A DNA stretch of 32,000 nt from Propionibacteriaceae bacterium (GTDB lineage: Bacteria; Actinomycetota; Actinomycetes; Propionibacteriales; Propionibacteriaceae). The position numbers and the translations under genes were made by a program. The notes under the pieces were generated by a model. The model made no database searches, was not told where the DNA came from, and saw nothing but the letters and a program-made list of their open reading frames with translations. Positions 16,136 through 24,819 of this stretch are shown in pieces. The stretch is from assembly GCA_031256725.1 (NCBI GenBank), contig JAIRQE010000015.1, positions 109,149 through 141,148 on the forward strand, given 5' to 3'. Position 1 is the stretch's first letter. Every line of letters starts with the position of its first letter.

Positions 16136-17122
16136 TTATGTGAGGGGAGCGCCACGCTCAGCGAGGAAGTCTTGTGGATCAACCATGGTGCCGTTGACGC
16201 TGATTTGTAAGTGGACATGGCATCCTGCGGATAGCCCAGCGTTTCCTACAAGCGCGATAACAGTGTCGTGTGTCACTGTGTCTCCGACCGAGACTTTAAA
16301 GTCGTTCGGGTAAATATGGTAGTAGCCGGACTTGATGCCGTTACCGTGGTCAATCCAGATTCGGTCAGCAACGATAGTCTCGACTGTTCCACTGTTGATG
16401 GGATAGGTGGGGTGACCGCAGGGCGCACCGAGATCAACTCCATCGTGGTGTATCAATTGGTGCCGTATGGGATGAAATCGCCACCCATACGGACTGGTGA
16501 TGGGGAAGAGTGTGCCGTCGGCGTGTTTTACGGGCACCTGCCAGATGTCAGCATCCATGCTGCATCCCTGAGTGGTCAGAGCTTCGAGAATCATCCTCGC
16601 ATCGTTCCAGGCTGGAGTGTAATGATCCGGGTTAGCATTATTTTGAACCTGGTGACCGACCATGGTTGGTGTCATGTGTTCACGGTTGCTGACTTTCACT
16701 AATGCCCGATAGAACAGTATGGATGCTGTCCGAGGGTTCATGCGTTCTTCAACGCTCCCCCACCAGTGCTGTTGTTGAAAGAGTCCGATGGAGGATGTTG
16801 GGGTACCGTCAGGGTTGCGGACACCACTGGTTTCCCAGTCACCGTAATCGATGTTGATTAAACTGGATTCACGCATCGCGACCATGACCGCAATCGCTTG
16901 GTCCCTGGCCGTGACCCCGGGAACAACACGAGCTGCACCAATGATTGCCGCCGCATTCCGAATTTGCTCACCTGTCCACACCCCTACCTGCTCAGGGACA
17001 CTCCCAGACAGTGTCCGTGGCCCAGCACCACACGAGGGTGTGGCAGTGAACACAGCCATTGTAAAGATCATCACCAACGGCAGACAAAAAACCACCACCA
17101 CCACAACCAAAGCCTTCTGCAT
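16136..17122 (-). CDS. Bifunctional cell-wall hydrolase: lytic-transglycosylase-like N-domain + M23 metallopeptidase C-domain
   Basis: 328 aa with an N-terminal TM/signal. The SLT-like motif is AMRESSL...SSIGLFQQQ. The M23 motifs are HHDGVDLGAP and GCHVHLQI. This matches the peptidoglycan hydrolases of Gram-positive conjugation systems. Confidence 0.85.
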   Translation of the reverse strand: MQKALVVVVVVFCLPLVMIFTMAVFTATPSCGAGPRTLSGSVPEQVGVWTGEQIRNAAAIIGAARVVPGVTARDQAIAVMVAMRESSLINIDYGDWETSGVRNPDGTPTSSIGLFQQQHWWGSVEERMNPRTASILFYRALVKVSNREHMTPTMVGHQVQNNANPDHYTPAWNDARMILEALTTQGCSMDADIWQVPVKHADGTLFPITSPYGWRFHPIRHQLIHHDGVDLGAPCGHPTYPINSGTVETIVADRIWIDHGNGIKSGYYHIYPNDFKVSVGDTVTHDTVIALVGNAGLSAGCHVHLQISVNGTMVDPQDFLAERGAPLT

Positions 17123-17150
17123 AACTAGAGTATAAAGACAATTACCGAAT

Positions 17151-17178
17151 TTGACGATATTATACGACTTGTTACACT
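17151..17178 (+). promoter_or_regulatory. Candidate promoter of the T4SS core operon, bracketed by an inverted repeat
   Basis: TTGACG (17151-17156), a 16-nt spacer, then TACACT (17173-17178). It is flanked by TATAAAGACAATTAC (17131-17145) and GTAATGTCTTTATA (17180-17193), an inverted repeat with one indel. Confidence 0.4.
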
Positions 17179-17220
17179 AGTAATGTCTTTATAAGACAGT
17201 TATGTAGAAGTGGAGGGGTT

Positions 17221-17541
17221 GTGAAGAATATATTGCGAGTTGCTTTAGTGAGTGGTGTTGTGATGATGGTGTTGTCGCCTGAGTTGGCGTGGGCTGATGA
17301 TTTGATTCCGACTGCGGAGCGTCCCCCTGGTGTGGGTGATGGTATTGATAAAGGCATGTCGTGGTTAGTGTGGGGGGTCCGTATTGTTGCGGTTGGGTCA
17401 TTCCTTGCTGTGTTGGGCATGTTTATTATGGGGTGGCTCGGACATCAGCGCAGTGAGGGAGCGAAGAAGCTTCTTGGTGTGATGATAGGGATACTCATTT
17501 TCAGTGGTGCTGGCGCGATTCTCCAGGCGTTGGGGATGTAG
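17221..17541 (+). CDS. VirB2/TrbC-like pilin-type protein (signal peptide + two TM helices)
   Basis: 106 aa with a GTG start after a GGAGGGG RBS. The signal peptide ends ELAWA|DD. Two hydrophobic helices are separated by GHQRSEGAKK, which is the VirB2/TrbC topology. Confidence 0.6.
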   Translation: MKNILRVALVSGVVMMVLSPELAWADDLIPTAERPPGVGDGIDKGMSWLVWGVRIVAVGSFLAVLGMFIMGWLGHQRSEGAKKLLGVMIGILIFSGAGAILQALGM

Positions 17542-17543
17542 TT

Positions 17544-17741
17544 ATGAGTGATTACCGTGTGGATCCTGTGGAGGTTCAGCGTATGTGTGTGCAGTTGGCT
17601 GCGGGTTTGTCGCTTGTGATTGACATCGTTGAAAAGTATAACGATGAGGTTGCTGCTGCTGTCCTGGCTCAGCTACTACCAGCACGGAACCTTGTTGATA
17701 AAGCCAAGGCTGTTCTCGCGCGTACAGGTTCACTGGTGTAA
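17544..17741 (+). CDS. Small (65-aa) helical protein of unknown function
   Basis: The ATG lies 2 nt after the pilin-like stop codon. There is no TM segment or recognisable motif. Coding status is supported only by position and frame. Confidence 0.45.
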   Translation: MSDYRVDPVEVQRMCVQLAAGLSLVIDIVEKYNDEVAAAVLAQLLPARNLVDKAKAVLARTGSLV

Positions 17742-17879
17742 GTGATGGGTTGGGGGTGTGATGGATAGGCCGTCAACAGTGATGTGGGTTTTGTCTCATT
17801 CCACTTTCGCACGGGTCCTGGGTGCTGCACTTTTCACCGTCCCCCTCAGATATTTCATTATTGGTATCGAGGTTTACTA

Positions 17880-19532
17880 ATGGATTGTAAACCGTGGGAG
17901 TGGGTTCAGCATCCTATCCAGTGCGGTGCTACGGCGCTGGGTGAGATGGTGACGGGCACTGTTGTTGATGAGGTTGTTAATGGTCTGATGGCTCATGTTG
18001 CGGAAGCATTGGGATCGACAATCACGGGGAGTTTGACGGCGTGGTTTAAAACTCCGTCACCTGCCCTTGTCGGTGATTGGAGTAGCCCTTCATCGACAGC
18101 ACCACCCAGCTTGGGTGTTCAAGCACTACCTTTTTTTAACTATCTGCTGTGGATAGGGAACGCTATAGCGATTATGGCATTTCTGGTGGTGGTGGCACTG
18201 GGCATGATTCGTTTCAAGCGAGGTGGGTCATTCACTGACCTGGGTCGAGTGGGGTGGGTTTGCGTGGTCATCATCATCATGGGGGCAGCGGGTGACCTTG
18301 TCGCGGTACTGATGCCATTGTTAGGTCGGGGAGGTCAGGGCCTCGCTCAGGGAGTCCCATTATTTGTGCAGTCAAGCACATGGTGGCTGATGCCTATGAT
18401 TCTGGTGGGGGCCATCATTGTGGCCTGTGTTAAAACGTTGTGGACTCAACGGTTGGATGGTATGAAGGATCTTGCAGCGAAGATCCTTCGAGTAATTATT
18501 GTTGCCGGGCTTGGGCACGTCGCAACCTCGGCAGGATTAGCGATTTCTGATTCGTTTTCATCGTGGGTTTTGCGGACATCATTGAGCTGTGAAGATCTCA
18601 CGCAGTGTTTTTCAATACGAATTACGGATGTGATCCTGGGTGGGGGCAATATTTCGGGAGTTGTCACCAGTCCTGGTTTATTGCTGCTCTTGTGGTGTGT
18701 GGGGTGGCTGGTTTCGTTGGTGCAGTGGCTGTTGTTGTTGGGTCGTAATGCAGTACTTGCGGTGATGAGCGGATTGTATTCGGTTGCGGCTGCTTTTGAT
18801 GACATGTGGCGTACATACTTGGGGTGGGCTGTGGCGCTGGTTTTATATAAACCTGTTGCAGCCCTATTGTATGCATCGGTTTTCATTTTCACGGCATCCG
18901 GTCATGGGCTACAGGATTTGATCACTGCGGTGGCGTTGATGACGTTGTCAGTGTTCTCGTTGGGTGCTTTGCTCAAGTTGATTGTTCCTGCAGCACGGGC
19001 AATGGGTTCTGGTGGTGGGGGAACTATGACGGCTGTTGCTGCTACTGGTGCCATGGCTGTTCCAATGATGTTTGGTGGGTCTGGTGGGAGCGGTTCCGAG
19101 AGTAGTTCATCGTCGTCTACGACGAATACTGGTGGGTACTCTTCCTCGTCAACGAATACTAGTGGTGGTGATACGTCATCGGCTACTGATGCGAGTTCTG
19201 TGACCCAGCCGAGCACTGCTGCGACTGTGAATCAAGAGCAGCCTTTGGTAGGGCCTGGGTCTTCTCCTACCGCTGATCCTCGTAGTGAGTGGAGTCCGCC
19301 GGATACTTCCTCTCCTGTTCCGCCTTCTGGGTCTGGTGTACCCAATATGCCACCTCCTGCTCCGGTGCCACCTGCACCAGGTGCGGCTCCTAGCCCGGCT
19401 ACAGCAGCCGATGCGGGTGCTGGTGTGGCGACTGGTGGTACCTACACTGCTGTTCAATCAACGATCCATATTGCTGCGGGCGCGATCCAGGGTGCTCAAG
19501 AGCTTGGGCAGGAAGCCACGGGGAACAGCTGA
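17880..19532 (+). CDS. VirB6/TrbL-like polytopic T4SS membrane protein with an S/G/P-rich C-terminal tail
   Basis: ORF 17784..19532. ATG 17880 is preferred because a GAGG lies 7 nt upstream. It has at least 6 TM segments, then GGSGGSGSESSSSSSTTNTGG and a proline-rich tail, as seen in TrbL/VirB6-type proteins. Confidence 0.65.
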   Translation: MDCKPWEWVQHPIQCGATALGEMVTGTVVDEVVNGLMAHVAEALGSTITGSLTAWFKTPSPALVGDWSSPSSTAPPSLGVQALPFFNYLLWIGNAIAIMAFLVVVALGMIRFKRGGSFTDLGRVGWVCVVIIIMGAAGDLVAVLMPLLGRGGQGLAQGVPLFVQSSTWWLMPMILVGAIIVACVKTLWTQRLDGMKDLAAKILRVIIVAGLGHVATSAGLAISDSFSSWVLRTSLSCEDLTQCFSIRITDVILGGGNISGVVTSPGLLLLLWCVGWLVSLVQWLLLLGRNAVLAVMSGLYSVAAAFDDMWRTYLGWAVALVLYKPVAALLYASVFIFTASGHGLQDLITAVALMTLSVFSLGALLKLIVPAARAMGSGGGGTMTAVAATGAMAVPMMFGGSGGSGSESSSSSSTTNTGGYSSSSTNTSGGDTSSATDASSVTQPSTAATVNQEQPLVGPGSSPTADPRSEWSPPDTSSPVPPSGSGVPNMPPPAPVPPAPGAAPSPATAADAGAGVATGGTYTAVQSTIHIAAGAIQGAQELGQEATGNS

Positions 19533-21034
19533 TGAGTGACCCTGATTCTGTTTATAGTCCTCGGACATATGGGCATTGGTCTGTCCCTGGGAGCGTGGGG
19601 GTGTTGAAGGGCACAACGCTGGGTCAAACCCTGATTGGGATTATTGGGTTGTTTGTGGTGGTACTGGTCATGACATTCAAGGGGGTTCTTGACGCATTGA
19701 TTCCGTTCGGAGTCTTGCTGGCATGGATCGCCATGATCGTGTTCCGTGATAAGGATCAGTTGAGTGTCAGTGATCGCCTAATGGAGAGAATCGGTTTTAT
19801 GATGAAATCATTACAAGGTCAGCGAACGTTTCGGTCTGGACCGTTATCGAGGGTTCCTCACGGTAATTTCCGGTTGCCAGGGCTGTTAGCAGACTCACGC
19901 ATGTGGGCCCCTGTAGATCCATGGGGGAATGAGTGTGCCTTGGTTGAGCATCGGTCGCTGGGGTCATGGTCGATCATTATTAATGCGTGTCCTCCGGGTG
20001 TGGGTCTGATCAAACCGACTGATATTGATCGGCAGATTGGTCACTGGGGGAACTGGTTGGCGAATAGTGCCGATATTCCGAATATTGAATCGGTGCAGTG
20101 TGTGTTGAGGGCAGCACCGGACACAGGTGAGTTGTTGGCGGGGGAGGTGAATCGTCGTGTGAATCCAGCGGCACCTGAGTTTGCATGCCAGGTGATGAGC
20201 GATGTGATCAGAGAAAGTAGTGGGACAGCATCTTCAGTGCATGCGTGGGTTGTGATCACGGTGAAGCCACGTAAAGGCAAGGCTGGGAAAGCGGGTGCTG
20301 AGGCTGTCTGGAATCAGCTCAGTCAGAGTGTCCAGGGTTGGTGTGAGCACCTTGGGTGGACCGGCATGGGTGTTGCGCGTCCTGCGACACCATCGGAGAT
20401 AGCTGAAATGGTGAAGATTGCCTATGACCCGTTATCGGAGGCTTTGATTACTGAGGCTCGGGCGGGTGGTGCCCCTGTGAGGATTGCTTGGGAGGATGTA
20501 GGACCCTCGGCTGCTCAAGCTGATTGGGATTCGTACCGGCATGATTCTCATACGTCGCAGACGATTGGAATGACGTTAGCTCCGAGATCGTTGGTGACAT
20601 CGCGAGTATTGGAGCCACTGTTGCGTCCACATCTTCAGATCCCTATGAAACGGGTCGCGCTGGTGTTTACTCCTATTCCACCGTCAAGTACACCTGAAGT
20701 AGTGGAGAAAGAACGTGATCATGCTGACCAACAGGCTAGTCAGGGTCGCCGCCCGTCAGGTCGTGCTCAGAAACGGCAGATGGATGCAAAAATTGCAGCT
20801 GATGAGGAAGCCCGTGGAGCAGGGTTGGTGTTGTTTTCGATTCTGGCTACTGCGACGTGGAGTAATGATGCGGATGCGGAGGCAGTCAAAGAGGCATTCT
20901 CTGGGTTGCCTCCTGCGTCTCATCTACGAATGCGGCCTCTGTTTAATGCTCACGATAGTGGCTTTGCAGCGACGTTGCCGCTCGGGGTGTGTCTGGGGCA
21001 TTATTCGTCGCTCCCACAGTTGAAGGCGATGTGA
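19532..21034 (+). CDS. Membrane-anchored VirB3/VirB4-N-terminal-like T4SS protein (resembles actinobacterial SCO6880-type proteins)
   Basis: 500 aa with a TGATG overlap to the upstream gene. An N-terminal TM hairpin (LIGIIGLFVVVLVMTF...IPFGVLLAWIAMIVF) precedes a soluble domain with no Walker motifs. It sits directly upstream of, and is coupled to, the VirB4 ATPase ORF. Confidence 0.55.
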   Translation: MSDPDSVYSPRTYGHWSVPGSVGVLKGTTLGQTLIGIIGLFVVVLVMTFKGVLDALIPFGVLLAWIAMIVFRDKDQLSVSDRLMERIGFMMKSLQGQRTFRSGPLSRVPHGNFRLPGLLADSRMWAPVDPWGNECALVEHRSLGSWSIIINACPPGVGLIKPTDIDRQIGHWGNWLANSADIPNIESVQCVLRAAPDTGELLAGEVNRRVNPAAPEFACQVMSDVIRESSGTASSVHAWVVITVKPRKGKAGKAGAEAVWNQLSQSVQGWCEHLGWTGMGVARPATPSEIAEMVKIAYDPLSEALITEARAGGAPVRIAWEDVGPSAAQADWDSYRHDSHTSQTIGMTLAPRSLVTSRVLEPLLRPHLQIPMKRVALVFTPIPPSSTPEVVEKERDHADQQASQGRRPSGRAQKRQMDAKIAADEEARGAGLVLFSILATATWSNDADAEAVKEAFSGLPPASHLRMRPLFNAHDSGFAATLPLGVCLGHYSSLPQLKAM

Positions 21035-22536
21035 TGGTCATGGTTGAGCAGTATCTCCCAGATGGACCATTGTATGATATCCCTGCGGGATTAGAGCCGG
21101 GGTCTCGTGGATGGGCGGGTCCTGGTGGGGGATATGCAGGTCGTGTCCCACAGCTCCCACAGTATCGAGGCACAACGTTTCAGGTATGTGGTTTGTATCC
21201 GTGGGGGACGGGTGTGGAAGCACCACTGATTGGGGCACCCATGGGTAGGCACCTCATCACAGGTGCGAATGTGTGTTGTGATCCAGTGTCCTGGTTCACG
21301 ATTGCGAAACTGATTACGAATCCGAGTGAGTTTGTGTTGGGGTTGCCCGGGTTTGGAAAATCTTCCCAGGTTCGTCACCAACTGACTGGACAGTGTGCGT
21401 TCGGAGATATTCCCATGGTGCTTGGTGATTTGAAACCTGACTATGTGGAGTTGTGTCAGGCGATGGAAGGCCAGGTTTTGACTATTGGGCGTGGTCGTGG
21501 ATATTTGAACATCCTCGACCCAGGAGATACATATCAGGCAGTAAAAATGCTGCACTCGAAAGGCTTCCATAAAGAGGCGAATGGAGTTGCTGCTGATGCT
21601 CATGGGCGAGCACTGTCTATGCTGTGCGCCTTGATTGAAATCTATATGCATGAGCAAGTGTCTGGAACAGAAAAATCGATCCTGGATGCTGTGTTGAAAG
21701 TTCTGAATGAACGACCTCAAGGGGAGCCTCCCACATTACCGGATGTGTTCATGGTCATTCAGTCGGCCCCAGATCCGGTTCGTGCTCGGACGCTCGATTA
21801 CGGTGACTTGCGTACATATCAGCAGGAAACCCGCCGCTTAGAGAAGGCATTGATGGGGTTGATTAAGGGATCTCACTTGGGTGAAACTTTCTGTCAACGC
21901 TCATCAGTGGTCATGGATCGCCACCGTATGATCGCCTATGATATTTCTAATATCGCTGAATCGGAAACTGATCTGGCTGCCGCCACGTTGTTGGCGTGTT
22001 GGAGTCAAGGGTTCGCGGCAGTGAACTTATCTCATGTGCTTGCTGATTGTGGCCTGGAAGAACGACGAGTTTACGTTCCTGTTCAGGACGAGTTGTGGAG
22101 GGCCGTGAAAGTGGGTCCATGGATGGTGGACCGCATGGATGGCACGACCAGGTTGAACCGTCAAGATGGGACTGCTCCTATCAAAATCACTCACACCATG
22201 AAAGACCTGGTTGTGCCGAATGATCCGGCAGCGACTGAACAAGCCATGGGGTTTGTAGAACGGTCAGGGATTGTGATATGCGGGGCGCTTCCTGATAGTG
22301 AAATGGCTCGATTGAATCAGGTTCGACGGTTCACCAGACCCGAGCAAGACATGATGGTGTCGTGGCAAAACCCTGGACCGATGGATCGTATGGGTCGCGC
22401 CCAGTCACCTCCAGGCGTGGGACGGTTCATGATTAAAGTTGGTGGCCGTCCTGGTATTCCTGTCCAGGTGCAACTGACAGATCGTGAACGCCCAGCGTCG
22501 GACACCAACAAACGTTGGGCTGGGGTGGGATCATGA
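21034..22536 (+). CDS. VirB4-type T4SS ATPase (ATPase module)
   Basis: Walker A LGLPGFGKSSQV and Walker B VYVPVQDELW. ATG 21034 shares one base with the upstream TGA. The listed 20989 start would overlap the upstream gene by 46 nt. Confidence 0.8.
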   Translation: MVMVEQYLPDGPLYDIPAGLEPGSRGWAGPGGGYAGRVPQLPQYRGTTFQVCGLYPWGTGVEAPLIGAPMGRHLITGANVCCDPVSWFTIAKLITNPSEFVLGLPGFGKSSQVRHQLTGQCAFGDIPMVLGDLKPDYVELCQAMEGQVLTIGRGRGYLNILDPGDTYQAVKMLHSKGFHKEANGVAADAHGRALSMLCALIEIYMHEQVSGTEKSILDAVLKVLNERPQGEPPTLPDVFMVIQSAPDPVRARTLDYGDLRTYQQETRRLEKALMGLIKGSHLGETFCQRSSVVMDRHRMIAYDISNIAESETDLAAATLLACWSQGFAAVNLSHVLADCGLEERRVYVPVQDELWRAVKVGPWMVDRMDGTTRLNRQDGTAPIKITHTMKDLVVPNDPAATEQAMGFVERSGIVICGALPDSEMARLNQVRRFTRPEQDMMVSWQNPGPMDRMGRAQSPPGVGRFMIKVGGRPGIPVQVQLTDRERPASDTNKRWAGVGS

Positions 22537-23300
22537 GTTCCCGTGGTCATCACCACCGTCGGTCCATTAGTTGGTTGGATCCACAACTGTGGCTCATGAT
22601 CGTTGGTGTGGGTGGGGTTGTGGTGATTCTCGCCGGTGTGAATGTGCCTCTTCGTCTGGCTGAAACATGGTGGCCATCGGGACAAACTCTTGATTCAAAC
22701 TGGTTCAGTGTGGTGATCAAGGTCGTGAAAGGCCACACACAGTGGACTCCACCAGCAACCTGGGTTGCTGGTGGAATGCTTGGGGTTCTCCTTTGTGGCC
22801 TTGCGGCGGGTCTGATCATGTATCGATCATGGAATCGTCGTACATCACGGTTGGATTGGTGCGCTGAATACATGGGATGGGGTGACGAAATCCTTCCGAT
22901 CACTGCTGATCATGCAGAGAAGATGGCTCACCAACTCGGAGTGAAAGCGTTACCACCGTCACCCACTTTGGATCACATGACTCGTAGCATGAATGGATAC
23001 ACATTCAGTGGGACAGGGATACCACGGGCAGTAGTGACAGTCATCACCCTTGATACTGAGGTTGCGTCCACAGTGTGTGATGAGAAGGGGCAGTGGATGG
23101 CCACTGTCAATGGTCGTCTTCCTGCAGGAACATCAGTGATGGTGGTTCATGCAGCCACCAATGATAAACCCGAGTCATTAGCATCGTCTGCGATCCGTGC
23201 TGAACGTGTTCGCGTGTTGCCTCGCCCATCCACGCGCAAGTCCACAACTATGACGGCAGCTGTGCTGAATGGAACATTTCGCGTCGGAGGTCACATATGA
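22533..23300 (+). CDS. Two-TM membrane protein with a C-terminal Ig-like domain; likely the detached membrane anchor of the coupling protein
   Basis: It has ATGA overlaps at both ends. TM1 is LWLMIVGVGGVVVILAGV and TM2 is WVAGGMLGVLLCGLAAGLIMY. The C-terminal segment YTFSGTGIPRAVVTVITLDTEVASTVCDEKGQWMATVNGRLPAGTSVMVVHAATND resembles bacterial Ig-like repeats. Confidence 0.6.
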   Translation: MSSRGHHHRRSISWLDPQLWLMIVGVGGVVVILAGVNVPLRLAETWWPSGQTLDSNWFSVVIKVVKGHTQWTPPATWVAGGMLGVLLCGLAAGLIMYRSWNRRTSRLDWCAEYMGWGDEILPITADHAEKMAHQLGVKALPPSPTLDHMTRSMNGYTFSGTGIPRAVVTVITLDTEVASTVCDEKGQWMATVNGRLPAGTSVMVVHAATNDKPESLASSAIRAERVRVLPRPSTRKSTTMTAAVLNGTFRVGGHI

Positions 23301-24643
23301 GGTTGAGAGAGAATTACGGGGGAGTTCCACGGGGTCTTCCGCTCGGCTATGAGGTTCGTACTGGTGTGGAATTGTGGTCAACTTGGGAGGACATGGTGGT
23401 CACGATTGCTGGGCCGCGTACAGGGAAAACAACCTCATATTCCATTCCTCACATCATGGCCGCTCCTGGCCCAGTGATTGCAACCTCGAATAAACGCGAC
23501 ATTGTGGATGCGACCAGGGGTCCACGCAGTGAACGCGGACGTGTTGATATATACGACCCGCAACAGGTCTATGGGGTTGCCCCAGAGTTCTCATGGCCAC
23601 CCCTGTCCTATGTGACCGATGAGGTGACAGCAAAGAAAATGGCGGCACACTTTGCCGCTGGTTCGAGAGAACTGGGCGCACACACTGATGCGTTCTTTGA
23701 TCCAGCAGGGCAGGACCTTCTTACAGGGTTCATGCTGGCAGCCTCAATGGCGAACTACGACATCATTCAAGTTCCCACATGGTTAGCCCAACCAGGTAAC
23801 CAAGAACCTGTCGAGATTCTGCGGCACTACAAGTTTGATGTGTTGGCAGACATTCTCCTTAGTCATGTGACAGGACCCAGTGATCAACGTGGTGGTATCT
23901 ATGGGACTGCACAAACCATGACAACGTGTTTGTCCACCCGCACCATTCTGCCATGGATTGTCTGTAGTGATGATCGGCCAGTTTTCGATCCAGATCTGTT
24001 CGTCAGATCTGGGGGCACCCTGTATTCGATTTCGCGCGAAGGTCAAGGCAGTACAGGTCCTCTCGTGACAGCTCTGACTGTGGCTGTCGTTGAAGCGGCA
24101 GAACGCTACGCGAATCAGTGTGTCGGTGGGCGACTTCCCACCCCTCTCGTGGGTGCGCTCGATGAGCTCGCGAATATCTGTCGGTGGGGTGATCTCCCAG
24201 ACCAGTATTCCCATTTCGGTAGCAAAGGGATCATTCTGAACGCGATCCTCCAGAACTGGGCTCAAGGTGAATTGGTGTGGGGGGAGAAAGGGATGTGGAA
24301 ACTCTGGGCCGCCGCCAACATTGCTATTTATGGTGGTGGCGTCAAGGAACGAGCGTTTACGGAAAACATGGCTGCAGCCATTGGCGAATATGAACGTTTA
24401 GATGTGTCGGATTCTCGCAGTGAATCTGGCCGGTCAGTGTCACGCTCCCATCACATGAGATCCATCATGCCAGCCTCAGACCTGGAATCCCTGCCCCGAG
24501 GACGATCTGTGATCTTCGCATCTGGGGCACGACCTTGTCTCGTCAAAACCCGTCCCTGGATGAATGAGCCCTATGCCCCAGACATCAGAGCATCTATTGA
24601 CACGTATGGCCCGAAAGCCGTGAAAAGAAAGGTACACCAATGA
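23297..24643 (+). CDS. VirD4/TraG-type type IV coupling protein, soluble NTPase module (no TM segments)
   Basis: Walker A VTIAGPRTGKTTSY and Walker B-like PLVGALDELANI. The C-terminal region has the PRGRSVIFASG..P pattern typical of T4CPs. Confidence 0.8.
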   Translation: MRLRENYGGVPRGLPLGYEVRTGVELWSTWEDMVVTIAGPRTGKTTSYSIPHIMAAPGPVIATSNKRDIVDATRGPRSERGRVDIYDPQQVYGVAPEFSWPPLSYVTDEVTAKKMAAHFAAGSRELGAHTDAFFDPAGQDLLTGFMLAASMANYDIIQVPTWLAQPGNQEPVEILRHYKFDVLADILLSHVTGPSDQRGGIYGTAQTMTTCLSTRTILPWIVCSDDRPVFDPDLFVRSGGTLYSISREGQGSTGPLVTALTVAVVEAAERYANQCVGGRLPTPLVGALDELANICRWGDLPDQYSHFGSKGIILNAILQNWAQGELVWGEKGMWKLWAAANIAIYGGGVKERAFTENMAAAIGEYERLDVSDSRSESGRSVSRSHHMRSIMPASDLESLPRGRSVIFASGARPCLVKTRPWMNEPYAPDIRASIDTYGPKAVKRKVHQ

Positions 24644-24819
24644 CCCTTAGTGATAGACCCGACCATGAGTCAGCCGAACATATTGTAGAACCTGGAAGCC
24701 ATGAAGCCCTCTTGATTATTGATGAACTCTTAGGGGACTTGGACACCAATCAGGATCCCAGTGCCACTCACAATCTCGTGGACCAGATCCGTGAATTACT
24801 CCCAGAACGGCCACACTAA
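24640..24819 (+). CDS. Small acidic protein (59 aa), absent from the ORF track because it is below the length cutoff
   Basis: MTLSDRPDHESAEHIVEPGSHEALLIIDELLGDLDTNQDPSATHNLVDQIRELLPERPH. Its ATG overlaps the T4CP stop (ATGA at 24640-24643). Its TAA overlaps the ardC ATG (TAATG at 24817-24821). Confidence 0.55.
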   Translation: MTLSDRPDHESAEHIVEPGSHEALLIIDELLGDLDTNQDPSATHNLVDQIRELLPERPH

